A DNA stretch of 64,000 nucleotides from an uncultured delta proteobacterium (GTDB taxonomy: Bacteria; Desulfobacterota; Desulfobacteria; Desulfobacterales; QNYZ01), in the NCBI GenBank assembly GCA_963845145.1, contig CAWJQU010000005.1, forward strand, positions 192,001 through 256,000. The letters run 5' to 3'. The notes beneath the pieces were generated by a model. The model had not been told where the DNA came from. It did not search any database and saw only the letters and a program-made list of their open reading frames with translations. A program made the position numbers and the translations under genes. Positions 40,805-50,633 of this stretch are shown here, in pieces. Numbering within the stretch: position 1 is the first letter of the stretch; each line of letters opens with the position of its first letter.

Positions 40805-43800
40805 ATGGGTAGAAAGTTAATTTTGAGTTTATTTGTTTTTGTTGTTGTTATGTTGCCGGTGAGCGTTTTTGCACAAACGACAGAACATTTTAGTGATGAA
40901 ACTGACAATACAACGTCATTTTCACATAGTGGGCTATCTTTTAGCATTGGAGGATCATATCTTCATATTGAGAACTATTCAAGCTATGGCTATACAGGTT
41001 CTGCCAATGATGATCATTATGTTGATAATTCAGATAATTTGATGGGTTCTGCAGGTGTAATCGGTTCTTTTACAAATTCAGGAAGCGATTTTTATGTTCA
41101 CAATTTTTATATTTTACCAAGTGATGACGGAGTATACCAGTCGAATGATGGCACCGTTACTATTAGGGGCAAATTGAATTCTTCTACTGAATTCACGCAT
41201 ACAGTTCAATCTGGAGAGATAAATATGTCTTCTCCGAATAACTATTATACTTATGTAAATTTGTCTTCATATAGTACTACTCGTATAGATGAGTTAGAGT
41301 TTGAAACTACCGGCGGCATTATATACTTAGCAATTGATGCTTTTCAACACAGTGCTGCATCCGGTAACGCAGCACCCACAGCATCCAGTTTTACCGCATC
41401 ACCAATTTATCAAGGAACTGTTTTTCCATTTGCAACCGCTAATTTTAGTTATTCTGATGCTGACGCTGACCCTTTTGATCACTTAAGGGTTACCGCTATT
41501 CCAGGTGCAGGCACTTTATGGGTGGATAGTGATGGCAGTGGAACTGTAAATGGAGCAGAATCGACTCTTTCAAATAATGGAACCATTTCAAAATCCAATT
41601 TGGATGCCGGGTACCTCAAGTATTTAAATACGAATGGAACTTCATCAAGTTTTACTTTTGATGTAAATGACGGAACTGATTATAGTGCCTCAACCTATAC
41701 AGCCACACTGACAGTAACACCCGAACCGACTGTAACTCTTAGCCTTGACCCTTTATCAAGTGTCTCAGAGAATGGTGGTACAACCAGTGTTAAAGCAACT
41801 TTATCTCATACATTTGATAAAACGGTAACGACAAACCTTGTTTTTAGCGGGACAGCAAGTGGAGCAGACTATACTGTAACAGCCACTCCCATTACAATTG
41901 CAAGTGGAAATACAGAGAACACGGTTACTATAACCGGAGAAGACGATGCGCTTGATGAGAACGACGAAACAATTATTGTTGATATTTCATCTGTAACAAA
42001 CGGAAGCGAATCGGGTACGCAGCAGGTTACCTGCACTTTGACAGATGATGATAATCCTCCAACAGTTACGTTTACAACAGTTTCGCAATCAAGCGCCAGC
42101 GAAACAGGGGCAATGACCATTACGGCACAGTTATCCGGTACAAGCGGAAAAAATGTAACAATTCCTTTCTCTGTAAATGGATCAAGTACAGCTACTGGTC
42201 CTGCACGGATTATTCAATATCTGCAAGCCCAGTAACTATTACTGCTGGAAATACAACTGCAAATATAACAATTACCATAGCAACTGATGCTTTAGACGAA
42301 AACAATGAAACTGTTATTGTTGATATGGGTGCACCTACTAATGCAACCCAGGGTGCAACTACTACTCATACTGCTACAATTACTGATGATGATTCTGCAC
42401 CGACTGTTACATTTACTGCAGCATCTCAATCAAGTGCTGGTGAAACTGGAACTATGACTATTACTGCACAACTTTCTGCTGCAAGTGGGCGTGATGTTAC
42501 TGTTCCATTTAGCATAAATGGATCAAGTACTGCAACGTGATCCTACGGATTATAGTATTACTGGAAGCCCAATAACTATTACTGCTGGAAATACAACTCC
42601 AAATATAACTATTACTATTGCAACTGATACAATAGATGAGGACAATGAAACTGTTATTGTTGATATGGGTGCACCTACCAATGCTACACAGGGTGCAACT
42701 ACTACTCATACTGCAACTATTACTGATGATGATGCTGCGCCGACTGTTACATTTACTGCTGCATCACAATCAAGTGCTGGTGAAACTGGAACAATGACTA
42801 TTACTGCACAACTTTCTGCAGCAAGTGGGACTTGATGTAACTGTTCCATTTAGCATAAATGGATCAAGTACTGCAACTGCTGATCCTGCGGATTATAGTA
42901 TTACTGGAAGCCCAATAACTATTACTGCTGGAAATACTACTGCAAAATATAACTATTACTATTGCAACTGACGCATTAGATGAAGACAATGAAACTGTTA
43001 TTGTAGATATGGGTTCACCTACTAATGCAACACAGGGTGCAACAACTACTCATACTGCTACTATTACTGATGATGATGCTGCTCCAACTGTTACATTTAC
43101 TGCTGCATCTCAATCAAGTGCTGGTGAAACTGGAACTATGACTATTACTGCACAACTTTCTGCAGCTAAGTGGTCTTGATGTAACTGTTCCATTTAGCAT
43201 AAATGGATCAAGTACTGCAACGGCTGGATCCTGCGGATTATAGTATTACTGGAAGCCCAATAACTATTACTGCTGGAAATACAACGCTGATATAACAATA
43301 ACTATTGCAACTGATGCCTTAGATGAAGACAATGAAACTGTTATTGTTGATATGGGTACACCTACTAATGCAACCCAAGGTGCTACAACTACTCATACTG
43401 CTACAATTACTGATGATGATGAATCCCCTCCTTCAGCTACAACAAATGCTGCAAATAACATAGATGAAACCAGCGCCACCCTGAATGGGACTATAAATGC
43501 AAACAATGCCAGCACGACTGTTACCTTCGAGTATGGCCATACCACGGCTTATGGTGAAACAATTACTGCGGATCAAAGTCCTGTTAATGGGACTTCCGGC
43601 ACACCCGTATCAAAGGAAATTACGGGTCTTGTTCCGAACGCCACTTATCACTATCGTGTTGTGGGAGTGAATAGTGCTGGTACGACCAATGGATCGGACA
43701 TGACATTTACGACGAGTACCGTTGTGCCGACCGTAACGACAGAAGCTGCGTCTTCGATCAGTAGCAACGCTGCGACGTTGAATGGAACCGTAAATGCAAA

Positions 43801-44089
43801 CAATGCCAGTACGACTGTTACCTTCGAGTATGGCCTTACCTCGGCTTATGGAACAACAGTTGCTGCGGATCAAAGTCCTGTTAATGGGACTTCCGGCACA
43901 CCCGTGTCAAAGGAAATTACAGGTCTTGATCTGAATGCCACTTATCACTATCGCGTGGTGGGAGTGAATAGTGCTGGTACAACCAATGGGTCGGACATGA
44001 CATTCATTACCCAAAATGATGAATTCCCGTGGTTAATTTTTATACCAGGGCTTGTTTCACCCAACAAAAGATCTAATGATGGACAATAA
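40805..44089 (+). CDS. Large secreted surface protein with Calx-beta-like repeats and two FN3-like repeats; multiple frameshifts in the repeats
   Basis: Signal peptide; DD..DE..ETVIVD...TITDDD repeats; ATLNGT.NAN..STTV.FEYG repeats; C-terminal EFPWLIFIPG. Confidence 0.75.
42045..43420 (+). repeat. About four tandem ~342-bp Calx-beta-like coding repeats
   Basis: GATGATGAT...ACTGTTACATTTACTGC units start near 42045, 42385, 42725, 43070. Confidence 0.85.
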
Positions 44090-44209
44090 ATTTGTCGATT
44101 TTGAAAAACCCCATTACCCATTACAATCATGATACAAAATGTTGAGAATGTGACATAGGAATCGCAAGTATTTATTACAAATCCTTCACTTTTCCTGCAA
44201 ATTTTATCA

Positions 44210-44305
44210 CATGAAACCAAGACAATCAGCACACAAAAATCCTCAAAAGGATCTGTTTCGGGTTGAGCTAACCAAGATCATCGCCCAGGCCACCGGTTGA
44301 GGCTG
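44210..44305 (+). pseudogene. IS5-family transposase N-terminal remnant
   Basis: MKPRQSAHKNPQKDLFRVELTKII resembles IS5-type N-termini. Confidence 0.45.
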
Positions 44306-44466
44306 GGACAAATATTGCATTCCAAATAGACTGATCAGAAATACCGGCAGTAAAATAAAAAGATTGCTAAGAGGAACAATAATAATCACACATATAACAT
44401 AAGAAACATATTGAAAATATCTGGACGATTTCCGGAATATTAAGAGTTTGGACCCATTTAGGAATT

Positions 44467-44954
44467 GGGGACAAACCTTGATTTGAGTAATAACTTTATC
44501 CGTTTTCTTCTTCAAACCTCTATTCTGTCTCAAATTTTTTCTGAAGCTATGTACAGCATGACTGACCATTGAAAAACTTAAATTAAATACATCGGCAATC
44601 TGCTGGTTGCTAAACAATCCTGTTTGCCATAAAACATATAGTATCAGGTTGCGCTAACCGACGAGGTGAAGGGATCTTTTCAGTTTCCTTAAGATAATTG
44701 ATGTCACTGCCCGTTATCCGAGCAATCTCGACCGCCAACTCATTCTCAAAACGTTCACTCAGATCTCCCAGCAAGCCTATAAAACCGGTCCGATCTGTAT
44801 CAATTGAAAAAATTGGTTTACCGTCGTTGCCCCGTGAAAGAACGTGGTAATACGCTCCCTCGAATTCGATTCTCCATTGTCTGCCCATGGCATGTGCTTT
44901 ACAGAATTTTTATCAATCGCCAATATTTATTACCCAATTCAAGGTTTGTCACCC
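44467..44954 (-). mobile_element. Internally deleted RAYT mini-element C
   Basis: Both ends of the 47.9-49.1 kb element joined at ERFE|NELA; TIRs at 44467-90 and 44930-54. Confidence 0.85.
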
Positions 44955-45468
44955 TTCATCAAAAACGAAAAGAATTACTACCGCAAAATGCGCTTTATTT
45001 ATGAGTTTCAGATAGTTATAGCTTTGGATGGACACTAACTATAACAATACCGCAATAATTGTGACAGCTATACCTGTGAGGATTGGGAAAAGCAATTTTG
45101 TATCGAATGGCCATTCACCCATTTGTGACAAGTATAATAGGAGGTAATTTATATACTCCGGCTCCAACCCCCAAAAGCCCCCCCGATTACGATATTTGAC
45201 AACCGATAGGCGGTTCGGTACTGGTAAAAGCATCCATATGCAAACATAAGGCTTATTAGAACCAGACAGTAATAACTCATCAGGGCGATGGGATAATGCA
45301 AGCTGTCTTCAATTCAAAGCCGAGCTGCCTTTTTTGTTGGGTTGGCTTTTTTATTAAAGAGAAAGGGGGAAATGAGAAATGTATTGATTGCTATATCTGT
45401 TACTTATTGTTTGTTGGTGTTATGGATAAAGAATGAAAGATGCTGAAATGTGAAATTACACTTCTAAA

Positions 45469-45900
45469 ATGGGAGCTGAAATGAATACAAAATCATATAT
45501 TACTGTGTGTATTCTATCGTTTGGAATACTGATGATGGTCTTATGCTGTGGAGATGATAACGCAGGTGATCACCCTTTCGTTGGCACCTATGAGTTAATA
45601 GATGGCTATATAGCAGATGGACCTCAGGATAAAGAATGGTGGAGTACTATATACGAAGACTATTCGGGCGACCTCACAATCGATGAAGACGGTAATGCAG
45701 TGGAATATTTTTGTGTTAAAGATTACGGGGAAGAGATGCGATGTTATACCAATTATTGTGAGATCAATGACAATATTTTAACAAGAAATGTTGACGGATA
45801 TGAAGCAGATTTTACAATGACTTTCGAAGGTAATACTTTGGAATATTGGGGGTTTGACAGTGGTGGAGTTACATTTGGATATATCTGGGAAAGGATTTGA
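45469..45900 (+). CDS. Hypothetical acidic lipoprotein (lipocalin-like possible)
   Basis: LCCGDD lipobox, FVGTYEL, terminal WERI. Confidence 0.65.
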   Translation: MGAEMNTKSYITVCILSFGILMMVLCCGDDNAGDHPFVGTYELIDGYIADGPQDKEWWSTIYEDYSGDLTIDEDGNAVEYFCVKDYGEEMRCYTNYCEINDNILTRNVDGYEADFTMTFEGNTLEYWGFDSGGVTFGYIWERI

Positions 45901-45922
45901 CCGTTATTAACCCGGCAATAAA

Positions 45923-46076
45923 ATACTCCAATTTATAGTCAAAGTGTGCTATAGATATTTGCATGGAAAAAATTGACGCACGTAAACTTAGCACAGAGGT
46001 CCAGCAGCAATTCCGGAATCAAGCAATTCGGCTTAGAAAAACCGGAAAAAAGTACAAAGAGATTTCGGAAATCAAA
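45923..46076 (+). pseudogene. IS630-family left end and N-terminal HTH remnant
   Basis: MEKIDARKLSTEVQQQFRNQAIRLRKTGKKYKEISEI; cut off at a RAYT repeat. Confidence 0.65.
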
Positions 46077-46565
46077 GGATTAAACCTTGATTTGAGTAAT
46101 AACTTTATCGGTTTTCTTCTTCAAACCTCTATCCGTCCTCAAATTTTTTCTGAAGCTATGTACAGCATGACTGACCATTGAAAAACTTAAATTTAATACA
46201 TCGGCAATCTGCTGGTTGGTGAACAATCCTGTTTACCATAACACATATAGTATCAGGTCGCGCTCTAACCGACTCGTTGAAGGGATCTTTTCAGTTTCCT
46301 TAAAATAATTCATGTCACTGCCCGTTATCCGAGAAATCTCGACCGCCAACTCATTCTCAAAACGTTCACTCAGATCTCCCAGCAAGCCTATAAAACCGGT
46401 CCGGTCTGTATCATCTGAAAAAATTGGTTTACCATCGTTGCCCCGTGAAAGCACGTGGTAATACGCCCCCTCGAATTCGATTCTCCATTGTCTGCCCATC
46501 GCATGTGTTTAAAAAAATTTTTATCAATCCTAAATTCATATTACTCAATTCTATATTTGACACCT
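46077..46565 (-). mobile_element. Internally deleted RAYT mini-element D
   Basis: Same deletion junction as copy C; repeats at 46077-99 and 46541-65. Confidence 0.85.
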
Positions 46566-47074
46566 ACTTTACCCCAAAATAAGGGGGTGGGCCCATCACC
46601 ACCGTTACGTGGCTTTCGGCAGTACCTTCAGTTATGTTGACATAGCTGTTTATAATAGTTTATGGCAATGTATGACGGAAAGGCACCGGAGCAAGAGCAA
46701 AACATGGATGAAACTAAAATACTGATTCAGTGGCTCAAAACCGTGGATTTTCTCTGCAAGCGTAAAGGATAAAAAGGGAAACATACGCCTATACGAATTA
46801 ATCCGAGCCTGCAGCACAAGAATCGTCAGGCATGTGAAGATCAGGGGAAGAGTAAACCCCTTTGATCCTGAGTACGACGCATATTTCAAAAGCCGCAGGT
46901 TCTGCAAAACCTATGGACACCGTACCTGTCTTGCCGGAGGGTACCCATAAAACGAAAACAGCTGGGCTGCTCCGCAAGAGCAATCCTTAAAAAATGCTTG
47001 AGCCGTATGACGGGAAACTGTCAAGTACGGTTCTGAGGGGGCTTGGGGCTGGCGACAGCCCCCGGCTACCCGAT
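46566..47074 (+). pseudogene. Group II intron 3' remnant (maturase C-terminus plus domains V-VI)
   Basis: PKIRGWA..H, RH..KSKTW..KY*, RHVKIRG..NPFDPEY; DV GAGCCGTATGACGGGAAACTGTCAAGTACGGTTC at 47000-33; ends CTACCCGAT. Confidence 0.85.
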
Positions 47075-47135
47075 CTAGACCGTGAGCTTCGCTTCGCTCA
47101 ACCGCGCCGTCAGGTGAATTAATGAGGAATTAGTC

Positions 47136-47651
47136 GTGTTGAAAAAAAAGTGCTACATATTAGCTGGACCCAATGGAGCAGGAAAAACAACTTTTGCAAA
47201 TGAGTTTCTTCCCATTGAGGCAGAATGCCTAAACTTCATAAATGCTGATTTGATTGCTCAAGGTCTTTCTCCATTTCAACCCGCCAAAATGGCAATCGAA
47301 GCCGGAAGGTTAATGATTCAACATATTGCTGAATGTATTCGAAAAAATGAATCGTTTGCTTTCGAAACAACGCTTAGCGGAAAAGGATACGTCCGGAAAA
47401 TAAATAATTGGAAAAAAAAACACTATGAAATTATCCTTTATTTTCTTAAGCTTCCATCAGTCGAGTTCGCTTTAGAACGTGTGAAGCTGAGAGTTGCCCA
47501 AGGTGGCCATAATGTTCCGGAAGATGTTATCCGACGCCGCTTTGCAAGAAGTTGGAATAATTTTAATATATTTTACAAGCCCTTGGCTGATTCGTGGATA
47601 GTTTTTGATACATCAGGTAAAATACCAGTTATTACAGATGAATCGGAGTGA
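47136..47651 (+). CDS. Zeta-toxin-like / AAA P-loop ATPase
   Basis: IL.GPNGAGKTT, INADLIA, FETTLSG, RVAQGGH. Confidence 0.85.
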   Translation: MLKKKCYILAGPNGAGKTTFANEFLPIEAECLNFINADLIAQGLSPFQPAKMAIEAGRLMIQHIAECIRKNESFAFETTLSGKGYVRKINNWKKKHYEIILYFLKLPSVEFALERVKLRVAQGGHNVPEDVIRRRFARSWNNFNIFYKPLADSWIVFDTSGKIPVITDESE

Positions 47652-47656
47652 GTGCG

Positions 47657-47857
47657 ATGAAAAAACATAATAAATATGCTGTGATTGGGTTAAAGGCTTT
47701 GCTAAGAGCTGCCGCAAAGGTCGCTGAAAATGCAAGAAAGAATAATTATAAAATTCCGATATGGAGAAACGGCCATATCGAATATGAATTTCCAGGAATA
47801 ATCACCGAACAAGGCGGCGCAGCTGACCAGGGCCACCGTGGGCCTATGGAAAAATAG
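47657..47857 (+). CDS. Small basic partner protein of the zeta-like ATPase
   Basis: ALLRAA...PIWRNG; directly downstream of the ATPase. Confidence 0.55.
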   Translation: MKKHNKYAVIGLKALLRAAAKVAENARKNNYKIPIWRNGHIEYEFPGIITEQGGAADQGHRGPMEK

Positions 47858-47914
47858 TACGAAATAGCTGATCAATTTGCATGCCATGGCGACATCTTTT
47901 TTTGATTGGGGGAA

Positions 47915-49094
47915 AGGTATCAAACCTTGAACTGGGTAATAACTTTATCTGTTTTCTTCTTCAAGCCTCTATTCTGCCTCAATATTTCTCTGAAGCTATG
48001 TACAGCATGACTGACCATTGAAAAGCTTAAATTAAATACATCGGCAATCTGCTGGTTGGTAAACAATCCTGTTTGCCATAACACATATAATATCAGGTCG
48101 CGCTCTAACCGACGCGTTGAAGCGATCTTTTCCGTTTCCTTAAAATAATTCAGGTCACTGCCCGTTATCCGAGCAATCTCGGCCGCCAACTCATTGGGAT
48201 CAGCCGATTTTAGCAATTTCCGTTGCTGGGGGATGTCGATATTCGGTTCGGCGGGTAAAAACGTTGCTTTTAGCCAGTCTACGAACGCCGGGGATCCAAA
48301 TATGAATCCGTGAACTACATCCTCCCATAACCGGTGTTTCTCATCGGCATACCGCTGAACTTTACGTCGATAGGCCAGGTAGCGATCTTTGGCAGTTGAT
48401 TGGGACAAAATCAATTTTGTCTTGAGCCATTTGGGATGATCTTTACCATACGCATACACGGGGTAACTGCTCCAGGGGTATTGGATCAACCGTTTCACCA
48501 GTCCGGCCCTTAGGGGATTGCGGTGAATATAGTACGACAACCGGCTCAAATAAGCGTCGTTTTCAACCAGAATACTTTTATAGCGGCCTTGGAACAGGTG
48601 GCCTCTACATGTGTTCCGATAGTTATAATGACGGGTGTAGGTCGTGCCGAACCATTGCATGGCATGAGAAAGATTGGTACGGCGGGTTTTTACAAGGTAT
48701 CTCAAAAATAATCTAAGCGCCCCTGGCGGCGTTGCAAAACGGTTCAAAATGCTCACATACTATGTTGTATGCTCCGCTTTTTCACCGTTTCGCGCCTTGC
48801 CAAGAACACTAACATTTATTTTGAGATACCTTGAAATAAAAGATGATAATGATTCGGCATCAGAACATAGGCAAACATATCGATCTCAAAACGTTCACTC
48901 AGATCTCCCAGCAAGCCTATAAAACCGGTCCGGTCTGTATCATCTGAAAAAATCGGCTTACCATCGTTGCCCCGTGAAAGCACGTGGTAATACGCTCCCT
49001 CGAATTCGATTCTCCATTGTCTGCCCATGGCATGTGCTTTACAGAATTTATATCAATCGTCAATCTTTATTACTCAATTCAAGGTGTGACACCC
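47915..49094 (-). mobile_element. Full-length RAYT-like (HUH/Y1) element E; transposase with C-terminal DnaA-C-like HTH, interrupted by a MITE
   Basis: YHVLSRGN, MPNHYH (HUH), GHLFQGRYKS, YIHRNP, YPWSS; ORF 49028-47920; TIRs at 47915-39 and 49070-94. Confidence 0.88.
48693..48833. mobile_element. 141-bp MITE inserted in the RAYT gene
   Basis: TIRs CAAGGTATCTCAAAA(A)TAA; splits HYHLL|KTRR. Confidence 0.85.
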
Positions 49095-49587
49095 TTCCTT
49101 CTAATGTACCCCTAATGTAGGGTACAGCCTCGACCGTTTCCCACTCTCTTTTGGCAATGTTCATAACTGTCTTGAGATTTGCCAGATGACGGTTGACGGT
49201 GGCCGGTGACTTGGTTTTGACCATGCGTTCAGACATGTCAGCAATCTGACTTGCTGTGATATCACTAAGTGGCCGGTCACCTAACATTTTAAGGACTGCT
49301 TTAAGCCGTGAGTTGACGCACATACAATCGGCCTGAGTGTCATACCGGCTACCAACTGCCCTGGTAATGGCATCAGACAACATCATGGCACCCTTCCTAA
49401 AAGTACCCTGCCTGAATGGGTTGACATTCCGTGGGCCTGTTTTCTTGGTGGCTTGGAATTTGAAGTCGGCAGCTATCTTCTCAGCCTCTTTACGCACTTC
49501 TGTCCCGGTAGACTTGCGAAAGATTTGCCCACGGTGCTGAAATTTGACATACCAAAATGGGGATTTTCCTCTGCGATAAAGTGTCAT
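49095..49587 (-). pseudogene. Phage integrase N-terminal portion (catalytic domain absent)
   Basis: LYRRG..W..F, STGT...A, SPATVNRHLA; truncated next to a RAYT repeat. Confidence 0.8.
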
Positions 49588-49769
49588 TATTTCATCCTTC
49601 CTTTACTTGACTGATTAATGTGCAAAGTTAATGATAAAGAGGATAAACATAATCCATCCACAAACTTTTCTCTCACTGTTTCGGGCATCATCCATAATCT
49701 GGTAAATCTTTCGTTCACTATTCAGTTCAGAAATTAATTCATCCTTTGTCATTGAGTTCAAATCCTGTT

Positions 49770-50123
49770 TCATAGTTCCTTCACCTTACCGGTCGCTAAT
49801 TTAATAATGTCGTTCATTACTTTCTCACCCTTCTTGGTTAACCTTGCAGACAATTGCCTTGTTTCGTATAAATCTGGTGAAAGGGTAACTAAACCAAGGC
49901 CGACCTGTTTGTCACCCTTCACTTTTGAACCGAACTTCCTGAGATTACGACTGATTGCACTGTGTGTAATTTTTAACCTCTTTACAAGACGTTGCTGAGT
50001 AATTGGGGTTGGATGTTCATTACAAATTTCGAGGAATAATTGCATCTGTTGCAAGTTAATGTCTCCTGACAAATCCGATAGGTACATAATAACTCTGTTA
50101 AGGTTGCCCACAGTCGTCTGCAT
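49770..50123 (-). CDS. Phage-type MarR-like winged HTH protein
   Basis: ITQQRL...SAISRN...GLGLV...LTKKG. Confidence 0.7.
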   Translation of the reverse strand: MQTTVGNLNRVIMYLSDLSGDINLQQMQLFLEICNEHPTPITQQRLVKRLKITHSAISRNLRKFGSKVKGDKQVGLGLVTLSPDLYETRQLSARLTKKGEKVMNDIIKLATGKVKEL

Positions 50124-50530
50124 GTTTCCCCCTTTATTAAGGTTTGTTGTATGTCAGTTGGCGGTGTGGCAAAATCCCAATCAATACAAAAATGGTAGCC
50201 TGTTTCCCTGTTCTCATAATAAATATGAGATTCATAAACAGCCTCGATAATTGCATCTGGCGTTTCAATAGTGATTTTGCCTTTTGTCATGTGATGTTTC
50301 CTTTTTGTTAAGTTATGGGTTACTCATACCTCCTCAAGTCTTTTCACCCATGCAATACTTCTTACAAGATATAGATTTGCTTGCCAACGCAATACTTGAT
50401 GCGCCTGTAAAAAGTCACGCGGCTGATTTGCCGTATGAATCGGCATATTCTGGCAGCGGATAGTAAAACGGGTTAAGTTTTGGCAATAATGCCAAAATCT
50501 GCTCTTTGAAAAATGAGGAAGGGTGAGGAA

Positions 50531-50626
50531 GGGTATCAAACCTTGATTTGAGTAATAACATTATCCGTTTTTACTTCAAACCTCTATTCCGCCTCAATTT
50601 TTCTCTGAAGCTATGTACAGCATGAT
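50531..50626 (-). pseudogene. RAYT element remnant F (3' end plus terminal repeat)
   Basis: GGGTATCAAACCTTGATTTGAGTAA ... GAAGCTATGTACAGCATGA. Confidence 0.8.
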
Positions 50627-50633
50627 GTTAATA

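Noticed and set aside
42045..43420. Regular repeats as a CRISPR array or DGR template/variable pair
   Set aside because: Units are ~342-bp protein-coding repeats without unique spacers. No cas genes or intact RT are in the window, and I saw no evident adenine-specific pattern.
46566..47074. Active retroelement, retron or DGR
   Set aside because: Only a stop-containing maturase tail and domains V-VI remain; the RT domain is absent.
49095..50530. Intact prophage or functional island integrase
   Set aside because: The integrase lacks its catalytic domain and there are no structural or replication genes.
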